DNA of 64,000 nucleotides from Sporopachydermia quercuum (taxonomy: Eukaryota): positions 558,001 to 622,000 of the forward strand of contig BCGN01000006.1 in NCBI GenBank assembly GCA_001599295.1. Direction: 5' to 3'. Under the pieces are notes generated by a model that ran no database searches, was not told the DNA's origin, and worked only from the letters and a program-made list of their open reading frames with translations. The translations under genes were made by a program, and so were the position numbers. Each line of letters opens with the position of its first letter. Position 1 is the stretch's first letter. This document shows positions 1 to 13,279 of this stretch, piece by piece.

Positions 1-83
1 CACTCGTTACAAAATACAAAATACGAAATACGAAATCCAAATGATCATCATAATTTGAATACCTATCAATCATCAACCAACTC

Positions 84-1626
84 TCAAATCTTGATCTCTT
101 TCTCTTGCAAGAATTTATCCTTATTAAATCTCCAATGCTTTATAACAGGTGCAGGCTTGAGATCATCTTTGTCTCCAACTACTGAACCGCTCGGAACATT
201 ATTAATGGATAGTTGAGCCATGTTACTTAGTTCAATGAATGTTTTGTCTATTAGACCCAAGTCTGATTTGTCCAAATCATTTAACTCAGGTAACTTGATT
301 TTCTGTTCTTCATCAGCAAGTGTAGATAAATCAAACCAACGTCTAACCCATTCTTTCCCTTCAGCTTCTTCAGCTTTTCTCAAAACACGTTGTTCGTTTT
401 CGATCTTAGTCTTCTCTTGGTGAATTAAATCAAAATCACCTTTACGAACAGCTTCAGCCACTTTCTTCCATGCTTTCCTAGATTCCAAATCATGCTGCTC
501 TTCGATATCTTTGACTTCGAGATGTTGAGGTGGAACAACACTTGAATCATAAAACCATTCTTCATCATTCGAAAGCTTCTTGGCTTCGGAAGAAGATGAG
601 GCTTTTGATGAAAGCGATAGGCTGGATGTTGAATGAAGAAGTTCTGAATAGCTTTCTGAGAAGGTGGACATTTTTGGAGATATCTTGGAGATTTCATGCC
701 ATTGTCCACTAATAGTGTATAAAGCTAATTCCTTCTTTGAGCTACTTTTCTGATCTTTGTAGATACGAGCCTTAAAGGTGTGTTTCTTGCCAGAGAAGTA
801 ACCTCTGCCTGAAAACTCAATGACTGCAAAATATCCTGATGAACTTTGAATATATGTCTTATTATCCAATTCGACAAAAGGAGTAGCAACCATGAGACCT
901 TCAATATGTAAAGGAGGTAAAGTGATAAGGTATTTTTCACCCAAATTTTCATATGTCACAATAGTATGGCCGTACTGCTTGACGTTGATAGTGGTAGTTG
1001 AGATTGATGCTCTAATTCCAAAGTATCCTTCAAGGTAAGTTTTATTCTTTTCGTTAAAAATAGANTAAGCAGTAACAGGAGGATGATGAGAAACTTGTTC
1101 CGATAATAATACAGTTTCACCGACTTTTTCATCATCACTTGTCCATTTTCCAACAAACAATTCACCTAAAAATGGATTCAAAGGTTTCTTTTCGAATCCC
1201 ATCGATTCGTTACGAGAACAGTATTGAGATCTCAATGTTGAAATAAACCATCTTGTAACAGCTAGCATTCTATGTAAAGCTGCGGTTGATTCTGCTTCAG
1301 GATCCGATGATTCAGCTTTGATGAAATTCGGGGCAACAAATAAATCAGGATGTTCTGCCCAGAATTGAGAATACTCGACCAAAGATGTTGGAGATAAAAT
1401 AAAGGGTGGTGCTGTTAATGAAGATAAATCACCATTGTAAGAGGCAATTGACTTCAAGAATGAAGTCCATGATGATGACTAATAATATGACAATGGTTAG
1501 TGCACGATTTCAATAAATACTATCATCAGTGATGGAGTCTCTTGGTTGTCTACCTGTGTAGTCTGCATATCAAGTATCTCTACTTTCTAATTAATCTATN
1601 CCACTTACAGAAGCACTACTGGACAT
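84..1626 (-). CDS. KES1: Oxysterol-binding protein Kes1/Osh4; 2 exons (1626-1609, 1478-84), intron 1608-1479
   Basis: OSBP signature EQVSHHPP and [12 protein letters not shown]. Splicing GTAAGT(1608)...CACTAAC...TAG(1479) gives [27 protein letters not shown], the Kes1-type N-terminus. Confidence 0.95.
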
Positions 1627-2669
1627 TGTATTAAACTGGTGGTATCAACTATCTGTTCTCTTTTTCCCCACTTTACAATTCAATTATTTTCTTTCTACTT
1701 TTTGTTTTTCTTCTTTTACTTTCAATTGCTGTACTGCCGTTAGTTTTTGCTATTACTTTACATTCCCTTGTTACCCAATAACCATATACGAAATAACACA
1801 ACACTGCTGAAATATTCGATCCTCCGCTTTATATCTTCTTTTAAAATCTTCAATATGTATAATATCTATCCAATCGTCATTGATTGTAGATATATTCTAT
1901 ATTACCAATACCCAGTGGCCAGAGCTTATGCAGTCTCCATGTAGTTATGAAATAGTGATAGTATGACAACAACAATAGAATTCGCATNACAGCCAAGTCA
2001 ATCTTCACATAAATTTTGTCCCTTACTTTCATGAATTAACATGAACCAGCTTTTTCATTCTGCATATGCTATGAAGGTTGTAGCAGAATATTGGAATTGG
2101 AAATGTTTAGCTTACGGACAGATGTCTATCTTATGTCCGGTATTTTGGTTGATTTGACAACCATGAAAAAACATTATTGACCTTTCTTTGCTGATGAANT
2201 AAAAAGGGTCTCAGGAGATAAATGGATACGTGTCCCATTATAGGGAAATGAAATATAAAAATATTAACCAGTGTGCTCATTCATCTAATGATTTATGTAC
2301 GAGAGGGAAGATAAGAAGAGGTACAAGAAAGTTAAAGTGGATCGATCTGAGGTAGACTCATCACTGAAGAGGTGAAGTAAACAACCAGAGAGGAGTTGTG
2401 TTGTTACTGTCTACTATTTTAATATAAGGCGAAGGCAATGGTCAAAGTAAATCTTCTTATATCAAGATTATATTTCAAAGACANATAGATATACCCTGAT
2501 TCAAACAAATAATAATTACATTATTCGCAGCCCATAGTCTATCAGCGTTATCAGGAAATTAAGAAGACCCATTTCTTCTTTAACAGCCCGTCTACCAGGT
2601 TGTTTCGTTAGCTTTATATTAGATTTGAGCATAAAACAAAAAAGCATCCACCAAGTTTTATTTATTACA

Positions 2670-3593
2670 ATGACACGGCAAGATTATCTATCGCCTGAAC
2701 AGCTAGAAACATTTCATCAAGAAGGTTGTCTTTGCGTGCCAGATTTTCTCACCGAGGAGACAATCCAATCAACTTTTGATACTATTAATAATGAACTACT
2801 TCCATCTTTTTCGTTCGATGATCACCCTCTGACAAAATTTACTACTGGTGACTCGGTATCTTCTCAACATATAGGCGATAAATATTTTCTTGATTCTAGT
2901 GATAAAATTGCGTACTTTTTTGAACCAGATGCCATTAATTCTGACACGGGAGAGTTAACTAAACCATTGAACAAAGCACTTAACAAAATAGGTCATTCTC
3001 TTCACGAGCTATCACCGACTTTCAAAACGATTTCATTTGACAAGCGGCTACAACAAATTGCCTTGCAGCTCAGTTTCCATAACCCAAGGATATTGCAGTC
3101 AATGATCATATTCAAGCAGCCAGAAATCGGTGGAAAGGTCCCTTCTCATCAAGATTCAGTGTTTCTGTATACCGATCCACCGTCAGCAGTTGGATTTTGG
3201 TTCGCCTTACAGGATTGTACTATTGCCAATGGATGCTTAAGCTACGTCCCTGGTTCCCATAAAACCAACGGCATCAACAAGAGATTTGTGAAGTCTGACA
3301 CAGGAGGAACAACGTTCATTCCATGGGGAAATGATCAGCCAGATCCCAAAGAACATTGCGATGAAGATTTCAAAATAGTTGAATGCAAAGCTGGATCGTT
3401 AATACTGATTCATGGATCAGTTCTGCATAAATCAGAAAAGAATACCAGTGAGAAAAGTAGATACGCCTACACGTTTCATGTCATTGAAGGTGATTATAAA
3501 TATGATGAACGGAATTGGCTTCAAATTCCTCCTTGTGAAGAAGGAGGGGCCAACTTTTCAGAACTCCTAACTAACGAACGCAATGATGAATGA
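2670..3593 (+). CDS. Phytanoyl-CoA dioxygenase family (PhyH/PHYHD1-like) 2-oxoglutarate/Fe(II) oxygenase
   Basis: ALNKIGHSLH, QSMIIFKQPEIGGKVPSHQD (HxD), GCLSYVPGSH, distal His in LHKS, SRYAYTFH. First ATG is at 2670. Confidence 0.9.
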   Translation: MTRQDYLSPEQLETFHQEGCLCVPDFLTEETIQSTFDTINNELLPSFSFDDHPLTKFTTGDSVSSQHIGDKYFLDSSDKIAYFFEPDAINSDTGELTKPLNKALNKIGHSLHELSPTFKTISFDKRLQQIALQLSFHNPRILQSMIIFKQPEIGGKVPSHQDSVFLYTDPPSAVGFWFALQDCTIANGCLSYVPGSHKTNGINKRFVKSDTGGTTFIPWGNDQPDPKEHCDEDFKIVECKAGSLILIHGSVLHKSEKNTSEKSRYAYTFHVIEGDYKYDERNWLQIPPCEEGGANFSELLTNERNDE

Positions 3594-3968
3594 ATAGTAA
3601 ACAAACAACTAATACGAGAGACAATTACTCATTGCCGTTCAGTAATAATATAGACAGTATAACTCGTTTAAGACTAAATTTGATTCAAACCCCATAAATT
3701 ACTACTATCTACATATAATATTAGAAGGACAATACTATTTGAATTATTAGCTTCATAGTTTTCATTTTCATTTTTTTTTTCACATCATAAAATCACTGTT
3801 TATTTCAACAACGCACCGCACCAATCCAAAAAACAACGTTAGGAGCAAAAAGTGATAAACAAGAAGTAAGGAAGAATAACTTGTAAGAGTGAGAATAAGT
3901 GAATCAAGATGAATCAATATGGATTATAGTAGGCATTTGAAAGGATATCGGGATTTGAGTATAACGTA

Positions 3969-5354
3969 TTATAAATCTTCACGTGCTGCTTTGAATACAG
4001 CAGATGTCAAATCTTTTGAACTGAGATCTGAAAAATCGGCTCCCAAAAATATAGCAAGAGAAACCATTAAACTACCAACCAAAAACAACGATCCCAATGC
4101 CACACATAAGAACAATCCGTCTTCAGAAGCAGAAGTCTTGGCAATATCCCTATTAGTGTCCTTGATTCTGCTATCAAGTGGTAGTTCTTCTTCAGGAACA
4201 TCAGTAGGGAAGTACTCCTCAAGACATTGTTCAATCTTACCACACAAAATACCAATTTTGAGATAATTAGGATCTTCCACCGGTGATTTATGATGAATCT
4301 TTCTGACATACTCTTTAAATATTTCGCAAGTACCTTTGAAGCTTCTAGCTTGAAGTATCAGTTTACATGTTTGGCCTTTTCTGATTTTGATATTACGAGA
4401 AAATATCTGATCATTTTGGAAAACTAATTCCAAAGTAGCAATAGCCATAACTTGAGGAATAGAACAGAAATTATAGAGAGAACGTTCGTAAACTAAAGAT
4501 AGATACTTAAGAACATCAGGAACGTGNTCCAGCGCATTAAGCACCAAGTCCGATTCACAATGCATTCTTGCTTCGTGAAATTCAGTGTTCTCATCAAGAA
4601 AATCTTCTAATGAATTCTTAGCATATTTGCCCCAGATTTCTTTAGGCCAAAAAGATCTATTATCAACCAAATCTTCATGATAGTCTCTGATAATATTTGT
4701 TTTCTGTAGAAAAAGACCCATGGATATATACAATTGTCTTTCCTCTAATAGTGATTCATCGGCAAAACCAGCAATGACTGATAATTGTGTCAATCCTTCT
4801 CCTACTAAACCGGCAACATAATAGCAATATAAATCATAATCCTTAACAGTTTCAACACCATGAAGATTGAAGTTTTCATCTGTTGCATAATCAGCCATAC
4901 CATTACCCATCTTCTTTGTAATATCACTGATTACTTTCTTGTATGCTGGTTTTATTTTTCTCAATTCAATAAGAATACAATTAAAATTTTCCAAAACAAT
5001 CGCGTCTTTCTCTTTACTATCGTGGAAAGACCATTCTTCTAAATCCAATTTCTCATGAAAGCTTCTAAGTAATGGTAGCTTCACCTTTGGATCTAATGTC
5101 ATATCATCTTCTACCGTATCCAAGGCTCTGAGAATTATATAGAAGAGCATAATAACGTCACGTAATTCAGGATGTAANTCAATAATNACTGCAGCAAAAG
5201 ATCTTGAAGTTTTATCCAATAAACTGTAACATTCTATCAGAGTTTCCGGCTCTTCTTTAATATTACGTGCATGTTCTGACTTTCGGAGGAATTTCAGCTC
5301 AATGGCTGCCCGAAATTCATCAGGATGGAATAGTAAATCAATAACTTTCCCCAT
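3969..5354 (-). CDS. ERG9: Squalene synthase (farnesyl-diphosphate farnesyltransferase)
   Basis: [50 protein letters not shown] and a C-terminal hydrophobic anchor. ATG at 5354 (MGKV). Confidence 0.97.
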   Translation of the reverse strand: MGKVIDLLFHPDEFRAAIELKFLRKSEHARNIKEEPETLIECYSLLDKTSRSFAAXIIXLHPELRDVIMLFYIILRALDTVEDDMTLDPKVKLPLLRSFHEKLDLEEWSFHDSKEKDAIVLENFNCILIELRKIKPAYKKVISDITKKMGNGMADYATDENFNLHGVETVKDYDLYCYYVAGLVGEGLTQLSVIAGFADESLLEERQLYISMGLFLQKTNIIRDYHEDLVDNRSFWPKEIWGKYAKNSLEDFLDENTEFHEARMHCESDLVLNALXHVPDVLKYLSLVYERSLYNFCSIPQVMAIATLELVFQNDQIFSRNIKIRKGQTCKLILQARSFKGTCEIFKEYVRKIHHKSPVEDPNYLKIGILCGKIEQCLEEYFPTDVPEEELPLDSRIKDTNRDIAKTSASEDGLFLCVALGSLFLVGSLMVSLAIFLGADFSDLSSKDLTSAVFKAAREDL

Positions 5355-5581
5355 ATTCTTAATTACAGCCAATCAATGAACACTTTTGTTGATAAATCAC
5401 TTGCAAATAAACTCACACCGATAATTGATTCATTAAAAAAAGATTTGACGTTAATAGTATGTCTATGGTAATTTTTTGTAATCTTTCTACACCTACTATT
5501 GTAATCAGTTGATCAGGGACATCCCATGTTGATAATTCCAGTTCACCAATTAATCCAATAACGCGCAATGTGAGGTTCTAT

Positions 5582-5589
5582 CCGGGTAA
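5582..5589. promoter_or_regulatory. Reb1-type general regulatory factor site (CCGGGTAA), about 230 bp upstream of ERG9
   Basis: Exact match to the Reb1 consensus TTACCCGG (reverse strand). The same 8-mer recurs in other promoter regions of this window. Confidence 0.55.
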
Positions 5590-8282
5590 TTTTAACTACC
5601 GAAGAAGGCAATTCTGAAAGGGTATGAAGCGAGATGTGAAGACGTTATATATGTGGGGCTGAATTTATCTAAATGAATTTAATAATCTTGAATTATGCCA
5701 AAATACATATCAAGGAAAACAAGAATAACATCAGACGGTTAATAAATCTAAATAAAGAAGTTGAAAACACCCGTTTGGCTTTTCTTATTTAGAGAAATTA
5801 GTAGTTAGAAAGCTGTTAATTGTTCATCAAGCAAGAGTTAGCTTTCATGCATTATATTGGAGATTCTGAGGCTGGATGTAACTCAGCGCGGAAGTTACAC
5901 TTCGATCTTTCGACTTTTCGACTTTTGGATGAGATTTGTCATTGTATTATCTGATTGAAAGTATAAGTGATTATTTCATGTGAAAATGCTCAAGCGAAGT
6001 ATATAAATAAAATATTAATTTGGGTTTTAGGTTTTCTTCAATTCTATATTTAGCTCAGGAGGATGCCGATCATCGTAAGAATTAAGTTGAACTCTTCGGA
6101 GCAATCTGGAGTAAAAAGTATGCAAGAACATGCAGTTGATGCATAATACTACTGATTTCTCATATGATCCTTGTCGTTCCTATCAAATTTGGCTAGAACT
6201 AAGTATTTTTTTATCATCATACGGCAGCGATCCTTTCATCAGAAATCACAATTTAGTAGCACCTATTAATGCTGATCTGATGGTCTCAGCAGAAGTGCAA
6301 CCGATTCTTTTGATCTCAGATTCGGGCCTTAAATATCTCCAGCTAAGCATGTCATAGTAAATTCATCAACACGATCAATATAGAAAGTATGTTACATTCA
6401 ATAAACGCTAATACTTAAAACGTGCTTCAATGGAGATAGCTTCACAGAAACATAGTAATAACAATCATAGAGACCTACATCGGATCCTTCAATCTCACAA
6501 CAGGTTAATCTTTCTCTTTCCCCAACAGCATCATTAAGTACAGTACAACAATAAACGCCATCACCTCAATATTGGAAATATGGGAATTGTTACTTCATAT
6601 TTGTTCCTTATAAAAGGGAACAAATCTAACTTGTCTGTTAAAACATTTCGTCCTGTCATGCCATTGCTGCTTTATCTAATGTTATACCTTTTGTAGTGTT
6701 CACTTTCAGGAACACAAAAGAACACTAAACTTATAAGTAAGTAAGATTATTTCAGAGGTACCAACTTTGAGTTCAAGTAAGTGCTGCTAGATGCTAGTTT
6801 TACAGATCAACAATGAGTGACAATGCCACAATGCTCGTTTTCTATATTAGCAAGGATACTACAAGGCGCAGCAATATTTACTAAGATAGAATCTGCTCTC
6901 CTTTCTTTCATATCCAGTTTACACAAGAGTTTAATATGCCAAATACCATAGATGAAATAGACGTTTTGTCATTCGAAACATCTTACTATAGAGAATCTTA
7001 ACGAATAATGAGAATTCGCTTGATTACATTCAATTCTTAAACATGTCCAATTGATTTAGAAACTTCGAGAAACAAAGATCATTCTACAACTAGGGCGTAA
7101 AAGNAGCACGAGATGATATCCATAGAAAGTTTCGGTTTCAGATTATTGCAAAGTGACAAAGTAATATGATAGAGAAAAGTCTACTGATAAGTGAAAAGAC
7201 ATTTTGATTTAATTCTCTGAACTGAAAGAGGACTTTGAAGACCATTGATAATCGTTACACTCGTTAAAACAGGATAAACAGCATTGTGATAGTGATAATA
7301 TTATTACTATCAGAATCATGATGAGCGATCATAATCTCATTTGTACATATAATCAGCAAACTCTAATATCGCTATACAAACATACAATTACAACTAACGG
7401 TTATGATATTTAGCATAACAAAATTCTCCTGGATAGGTTTATGATTATGTAATTAAAAACTAGATCAGGAGATTTCTTTTTTCTCTGGCTAAACCTATTT
7501 CATCAAAGTTCAATTTTGATATCATAATAAACAGAAATACCTTATTGTGGTCAAGACTATTCATATGAAATTGAAATATTAATAATTACATGAATTTGGA
7601 ATAACTTAACTTTAATTTCTCAGTAAAAACAGTCTCATTGTTACTTTATTTGTCAAATTGGCCCAATTAACTCTTTTGGTTGTACCTTGCATGAAGGCTC
7701 GCCTCCAACAATTTCTCTAAAAGGCCCCAGCAAACTAACTATACTCTCGATATTCTCTGCCTTAAGTATATACATATATATGTAATATAGTGTGATAATA
7801 AAAGAACCATTCACTGTTGTTTCAATATCAATTCTAGTTCCTTTTCTTGTATTTCCAATCAAATTTTTTCTCTTCTGCACTTTACTGACCTGAGTCCGCC
7901 GCAGCGGCCTTTAAGCTGTGAATGTATAATATTATTACAGTCTGATTTCATTATCAGAGAGTCATATTAATTAAGTTTGGAATCTGTTAAAAGAAACTGA
8001 ACTTTATTTCAAACTAGTCAAACCTTCAACACTATTGCTAGATGAAAATGTGTGTAGTGAGTGCAGCAGATGTGTGAAGTTATGAGTATCAGTCAGTTAG
8101 TAGTGATCTAAGTAAAAAATTCTGAAGGCTCCAAATGATGCAAAGTTTGTTCACATAAATAAATGGTAGAGCTAAGGGGATAGCAAGAAACTAGAGGTAA
8201 TGAGGACATAATATATACTTTTACTCGGTATGGAGAGTAAGACCATAGGCATGTCATCTCAAATGCTTGTGACAGGCCAACT

Positions 8283-8785
8283 TCAATCACTTTTCTCTAA
8301 CATTTTCATAATTGCAACTACGTTTCGCTTGCTACAATTCATATGATTCACAGCCTCACTGTCACTACTAAAAAAGAACTGGCTTCTTTATCATCACCGT
8401 CATCGTTATCATCATATTTTACACCAAACTTTCTTCTCTTTGCTCCATTTCCCAATAAAGAGCATCGCTGAAGACTAATAGCTGTATTGGCACGTTTCAA
8501 TGGCGAGTGTGTAGCACCAGATTTTAGATTACCATCGAAAAGTACAGCAGGTCCTCCGAAGTCTTCTCAGTATTCAAATTTACTCGGACTTTTCGTAATG
8601 GCGCCGGCCTGTCAGGAGAATCTTCCTCTGGTGGCAAAAGATCAGTAGTAGGATCATATCGATCATCAGTTTTTCTTGAAGGGTCTTCTTTGGTGCTTAA
8701 ATCATGTACATCTTTGATTTAGTGATTGGTTTGTTGACTACTTTGCCAACCTTGAGCCTGAACCTTTAGCATGAACCTGAGTCAT
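8283..8785 (-). pseudogene. Possible decayed coding sequence of unknown product
   Basis: CAAAATG start at 8785 followed by protein-like segments in shifting frames (IKDVHDLSTKEDPSRKTDDRYDPTTDLLPPEEDSPDRPAPLRK; EDFGGPAVLFDGNLKSGATHSPLKRANTAISL...KRRKFGVKYDDNDDGDD). No family recognised. Confidence 0.3.
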
Positions 8786-9459
8786 TTTGACTTCGAAATT
8801 AAAGGTTTACGAAAAAGATCAAAGTTCAATCAATCATTATGGTTTTATATGGTGATTCACTCTAATCTCCTGCTTACAGTCAATCTCACACATCTCCTTT
8901 TGACTTAAAGTTGGAGCTAGAAGCTAACTTTATTGGAATCCGGAAGAATTGTTCTAAACTTAAATTCAAGTTTCAGAAGAATTGTGCCACCAATTATTCT
9001 CCGTTCTTAAAATATACTGTCCCTTATGAATACTTCTTCTATAATAATCAGCATGTTCTTGTTCTACTTTGGTTTCAGCGTTTTTTTTGTTATCAATTTG
9101 ATTGCTGAGATGTAAGGCACGGGTTATTTAAGTGAGATTCAAAGGCAAATAGCAGTTGGATTAGCAATATTTGTTTCGATCGTCAGCCATATGTTCTTAG
9201 TTGGCTAGCGGTGAAAAATAGAAATATAAGTATATATCAACATTAAGTAAATCATTATATCAGCAAGATTATTTTAACTTGATCAAACTATCGATCAATA
9301 GACAGTCAGGTATAATTCAAAAAGATACTCTGCTCCTTGAAAAGTCTGATCAAGAGGCAGCAGCGAATAATCAGGTAAATATTTTGCTATTCTCTGATAA
9401 AAATAACAACATTCTGGTCTCAAACCTCATAGTCCATATTATCAAAACACGTCACTAAG

Positions 9460-10542
9460 ATGAGTTCTACATCAACATTCTTACCGTTACCAACGGAATC
9501 TTTCTCGCAGGAGTATTCTTCAGCTGATGACGATGAGTCATACAACTTGTATGGTATGGTACCATCATTAGCTGGCAATCTGGCTATGCTCATTATAATG
9601 GCAGTTCTTTTAGTTGTCCAAACATTATTGAGTTTGAAATTCAGACAATGGTGGTTTGGCGGTGCCTTTTTCTGCGGCTGTTTACTTGAATCATTAGGTT
9701 ATATTGGTAGAGTAATTTCTAGTTCAGATCAAGAAGACATAAATGCTTTTTTACTTCAGATTGTCTGTTTGACTCTTGCTCCGGCGTTTATAATGGCAGG
9801 TGTTTATTACTTATTGGCTAAATTAGTTGTGATATATGGTAGGAAGTATTCATATTTGAAACCATTGCATTATTCCTACATCTTTGTCTGTGGTGATTTG
9901 TTCTCTATTATCATTCAAGGTATTGGCGGTGGTATTGCATCATCGGCCTTGCAAGCAAATGAATCCACCGATAGTGGTACTCATATTATGGTGGCAGGTC
10001 TTGTAATTCAAGTGGTCACTATGACTGTTTTCTTCTTTTTCTTATTCACCTTTATCTACAAATCTAAAAAGGATGAATATAAATACCTGAAAGCTGTTGA
10101 TAGTTTAGGAAAGAATGTATCTTATCATGAGCAAAATGACGTTGAAGATCCTTTTGATCCAAGATTCAGAGTCTTAAGGGCGACATGGTACTTCAGAATT
10201 TTTCCTTATGTGATCGTGCTTTCTTCTTTATTCGTGTACGTTCGATGTATTTACAGAGTGGCCGAACTATCTGAAGGTTGGGAAGGTTATTTGATTACTA
10301 CTGAAATATATTTCCTCATTCTTGATGCTTTAATGATGGCATTGGCTATTTTCACACTAACTATATGGCATCCTGGATTTTCACTTGGTGCTGGCCACAT
10401 TCCTTTACAAAATCCTGATGCTCTTCCTAATCCTGGTAAGAAGAAGCTATTCTCTAGATTCAAGTTTAGGAAAGGTCAAACAGCAGAAGAAACTTACATC
10501 GATTTAGAGAGTTTGAGAAATAGAGATGGATCCTCTAACTAA
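9460..10542 (+). CDS. RTA1/RSB1 family lipid-translocating exporter (7-TM)
   Basis: LESLGYIGR, QIVCLTLAPAFIMAGVY, IFVCGDLFSIIIQGIGGG, RCIYRVAELSEGW, HPG; about seven hydrophobic segments. Paralog (RSB1 vs RTA1) not resolved. Confidence 0.92.
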   Translation: MSSTSTFLPLPTESFSQEYSSADDDESYNLYGMVPSLAGNLAMLIIMAVLLVVQTLLSLKFRQWWFGGAFFCGCLLESLGYIGRVISSSDQEDINAFLLQIVCLTLAPAFIMAGVYYLLAKLVVIYGRKYSYLKPLHYSYIFVCGDLFSIIIQGIGGGIASSALQANESTDSGTHIMVAGLVIQVVTMTVFFFFLFTFIYKSKKDEYKYLKAVDSLGKNVSYHEQNDVEDPFDPRFRVLRATWYFRIFPYVIVLSSLFVYVRCIYRVAELSEGWEGYLITTEIYFLILDALMMALAIFTLTIWHPGFSLGAGHIPLQNPDALPNPGKKKLFSRFKFRKGQTAEETYIDLESLRNRDGSSN

Positions 10543-11204
10543 TACATGNTACAACGACAGTTAAAAAAATATTCTTTCTTCCTTTCTAAATTTTTATCAA
10601 GATAAATCATGCAATGACCACCGAAAGTATCTGGGAGGATTTATGACAAATGGACGCATCTAGCGATTTTATTATTACTATCATTTTTGTTTTTGCTTAT
10701 GTCAAGACTTATTTTTTGTTTACTGATTAGAATCCAATTCTTACGTGGTATAGTAGTAGTGAATATTTCTGCATTCATATAATGTATCTTATTGATTGTT
10801 ATGATATAAATTGTGTGATGAACCGTAGCAGTGAAGCAGTTGTACTAATTGGAGATATTAATGTGATGTGACATGAACAGGAACAAACGTAATTGTTTGA
10901 TTTCAGAATATCCCGCCTTTCGCAAATAGAGCAGTATGAAACTCATGAAAATAATTAAACATAGACCGACCGGACCAAGATAAATAGAGAAAGCATGTAA
11001 ATTATAGAGTTATAGAAAAATAATGAGTACTAATTTACCCAAACCAATGAAGTCTCTGATCATCCTAGATGCAAGAAACCAAACCAAACCAGCCACCAAA
11101 AAAAATGATATAATTATGGTATACTGAAAAATACCATTGAATGTTGTTAAGAGAAACTGATGAAGCTAGACCACAGTTTCAACACGAAATATTTGATTTG
11201 CCGT

Positions 11205-11939
11205 CTATTCGTCTTCAATATCCAATTCTTCTGGTTTAACAAATGGCTTCAGTTTATTGACAACATTTTGAGGGATATTGTTCATCTCATTGAAAGTTTC
11301 GCTGCCCAAGACGCTGGAATTCCATAATGATGAAGGCCTTGGTGGTACTTTCTTAGGAGCCATTGCGTGTTTATAATCATCAACTAAAGGAGAGTCGACA
11401 TCAAATGGAAACAGGTTTTTGAACTCAAAACCTCTTGCTCTTGCAGGGTTACTTAACGGTGAAAATCCTAGTAATGGTTTGTAACCAGAAAAGAAGCAAT
11501 CACTCATTACTAATCTGATATCTTTAAAATCCGTAGGGGGAACTTTTGGAAGTGAAGAGAAAATGCTATTTTGATAACCCTCACTAGACCCAGAAAATGA
11601 TGACTTTTTAGCTGACCAAGGTGTTAATTGAACAGAGTAAACTCTTTTATCGGACTTTTCAGAAAGTATTTGAATTCTAGGCGATTCTCTCGCATTTTTA
11701 AGAGACCTTGATTGCTGCGACATTGTTGCAGAGTTTGCTTCGATTAAATTTTTCATCCTATTAATTTTCGCATTGCTACTCTTCTTTGCTTCCGTTTGTT
11801 CTTGAACTTCAGGTAAGTCCATATTCTTACTTTTGGAATCCGAACTAGAATAACGTACTGAGACCATTGGCAACAGTCTGGAACATTGCTGCCGTCCAGG
11901 AATTCTAGACTTGTTCCTGAATATGTGTAAGTTTTTCAT
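11205..11939 (-). CDS. Pet20/Sue1/Mrx6 family mitochondrial protein
   Basis: Arg/Ser-rich presequence-like N-terminus; LPKVPPT..FSGYKPL and WNSSVLGSE..E..NIP..VV.KLKPF blocks recalled as typical of the Pet20 family. Confidence 0.7.
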   Translation of the reverse strand: MKNLHIFRNKSRIPGRQQCSRLLPMVSVRYSSSDSKSKNMDLPEVQEQTEAKKSSNAKINRMKNLIEANSATMSQQSRSLKNARESPRIQILSEKSDKRVYSVQLTPWSAKKSSFSGSSEGYQNSIFSSLPKVPPTDFKDIRLVMSDCFFSGYKPLLGFSPLSNPARARGFEFKNLFPFDVDSPLVDDYKHAMAPKKVPPRPSSLWNSSVLGSETFNEMNNIPQNVVNKLKPFVKPEELDIEDE

Positions 11940-13279
11940 GATGATCTAGATGTAATAAAAAGAAAACGGAGTAGAAACTTCTCAAAGCTTATCTCAGTTC
12001 AGATACTCTTGCTAGTCACGAATGATATCCACCTAGACTTGGTCTCACACATAAAACTTCTGTATAATAGTTGTTGCTAGAAGTGAATTTCTGTAACCTC
12101 TTTGAATAATCAATCTCAGTACGAATAACTCGTGGTAACTACTAAAATGCTATTTAATAGTACGTATCTCAAATACAATTTCTCTGAAACAATATTTGAT
12201 TGATTCGTCGTTTTCTCTTATCTTTGACGGACACAGATGCTAAAGATAAGGACCTACCTCAATCTAGCTCAATGATGTTGTTGATGAAGACTACAATGAT
12301 GACAATAACCATGCCGAATGCTCAGAACAACTTCAAACAAAGCAGAGAATAACTAGATAGCACTTCTAATATTGATTACTCAATGTCAAGAGTGAAAGCG
12401 TGTTTCTATAAGCAATAACGAAAGACGAATGAAATGATGGTTAGAAGTGGCGGTACTAAGGATTAGGGGGGAACAAATAGAGGGATAAGTGATGTCCGGG
12501 ACATGGACTGTGAAACTGAGATAAGCGGAATCATTAAAAGTCATGTGACATATGAGAGAGTTTTGATATTCAATGCTAGACTGCATAACAATTTGAAAAT
12601 CAGCTTATGAAAGTTTTTGAACAATTTTTTGTAAGGCTCGATGACAGAAAATTCTGAAAAATGAGTTTTCTGCCAGCTTATTGCTATATCGTGGAAAATA
12701 TCAACTAGTTATCTAAGTCTCGAGTAATCCCACGCCTTTCTGTTTACACCACAGATAACCAATTTACTGATAAGAATGAGGTGATCTAGGGTTGGGACAT
12801 GTTTGCCTTGCGGACAGTAAACCCCTGAAGTCCCTACCTAGTACAGAGAGAAGAAGAATGAGAATAACAAATCGTGTCTATGAACTCTTATTTCACCATT
12901 TGGTAGCATTTGTTCACTGAAGTTATGGAAAAAGAAGTACAATCAACGTCTATTGCAATCTATATTACTGATTCTTTCTGCTGTTGTGATGGAAGATGAA
13001 CAACATGTGTTATCAGTTGGTAAACACGTTGTACCTTATCTTGTTCTACCTCCGATAACGATTTACATGGTATAACGATCTCACATTTAGTCCTGTTTTT
13101 TTGAAATAGCAGAGTTGGGTTAAGACAGGTAAAAAAAGGACTGATAAAATGATTGATTAATAAAAAATTTTATCAGTGATTTTACATAAGAGAGAAAGCT
13201 GGTAAAAACGGCTGGTGGTGAATTCATTTATCTAAATCTATAACAATTTATTGACTTAGTTTTAGCAAGGAGGAAAAGC

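Noticed and set aside
2670..2705. PTS2 peroxisomal signal in the PhyH-like protein (RQDYLSPEQL)
   Set aside because: Spacing is one residue off the R-[LVIQ]-x5-[HQ]-[LA] consensus, and there is no PTS1.
12891..13075. CA-TT-TGGTAGC resembling an LTR end plus PBS upstream of tRNA-Thr
   Set aside because: Only a 7-nt match, no gag-like motifs downstream in the frames I read, and no LTR similarity seen.
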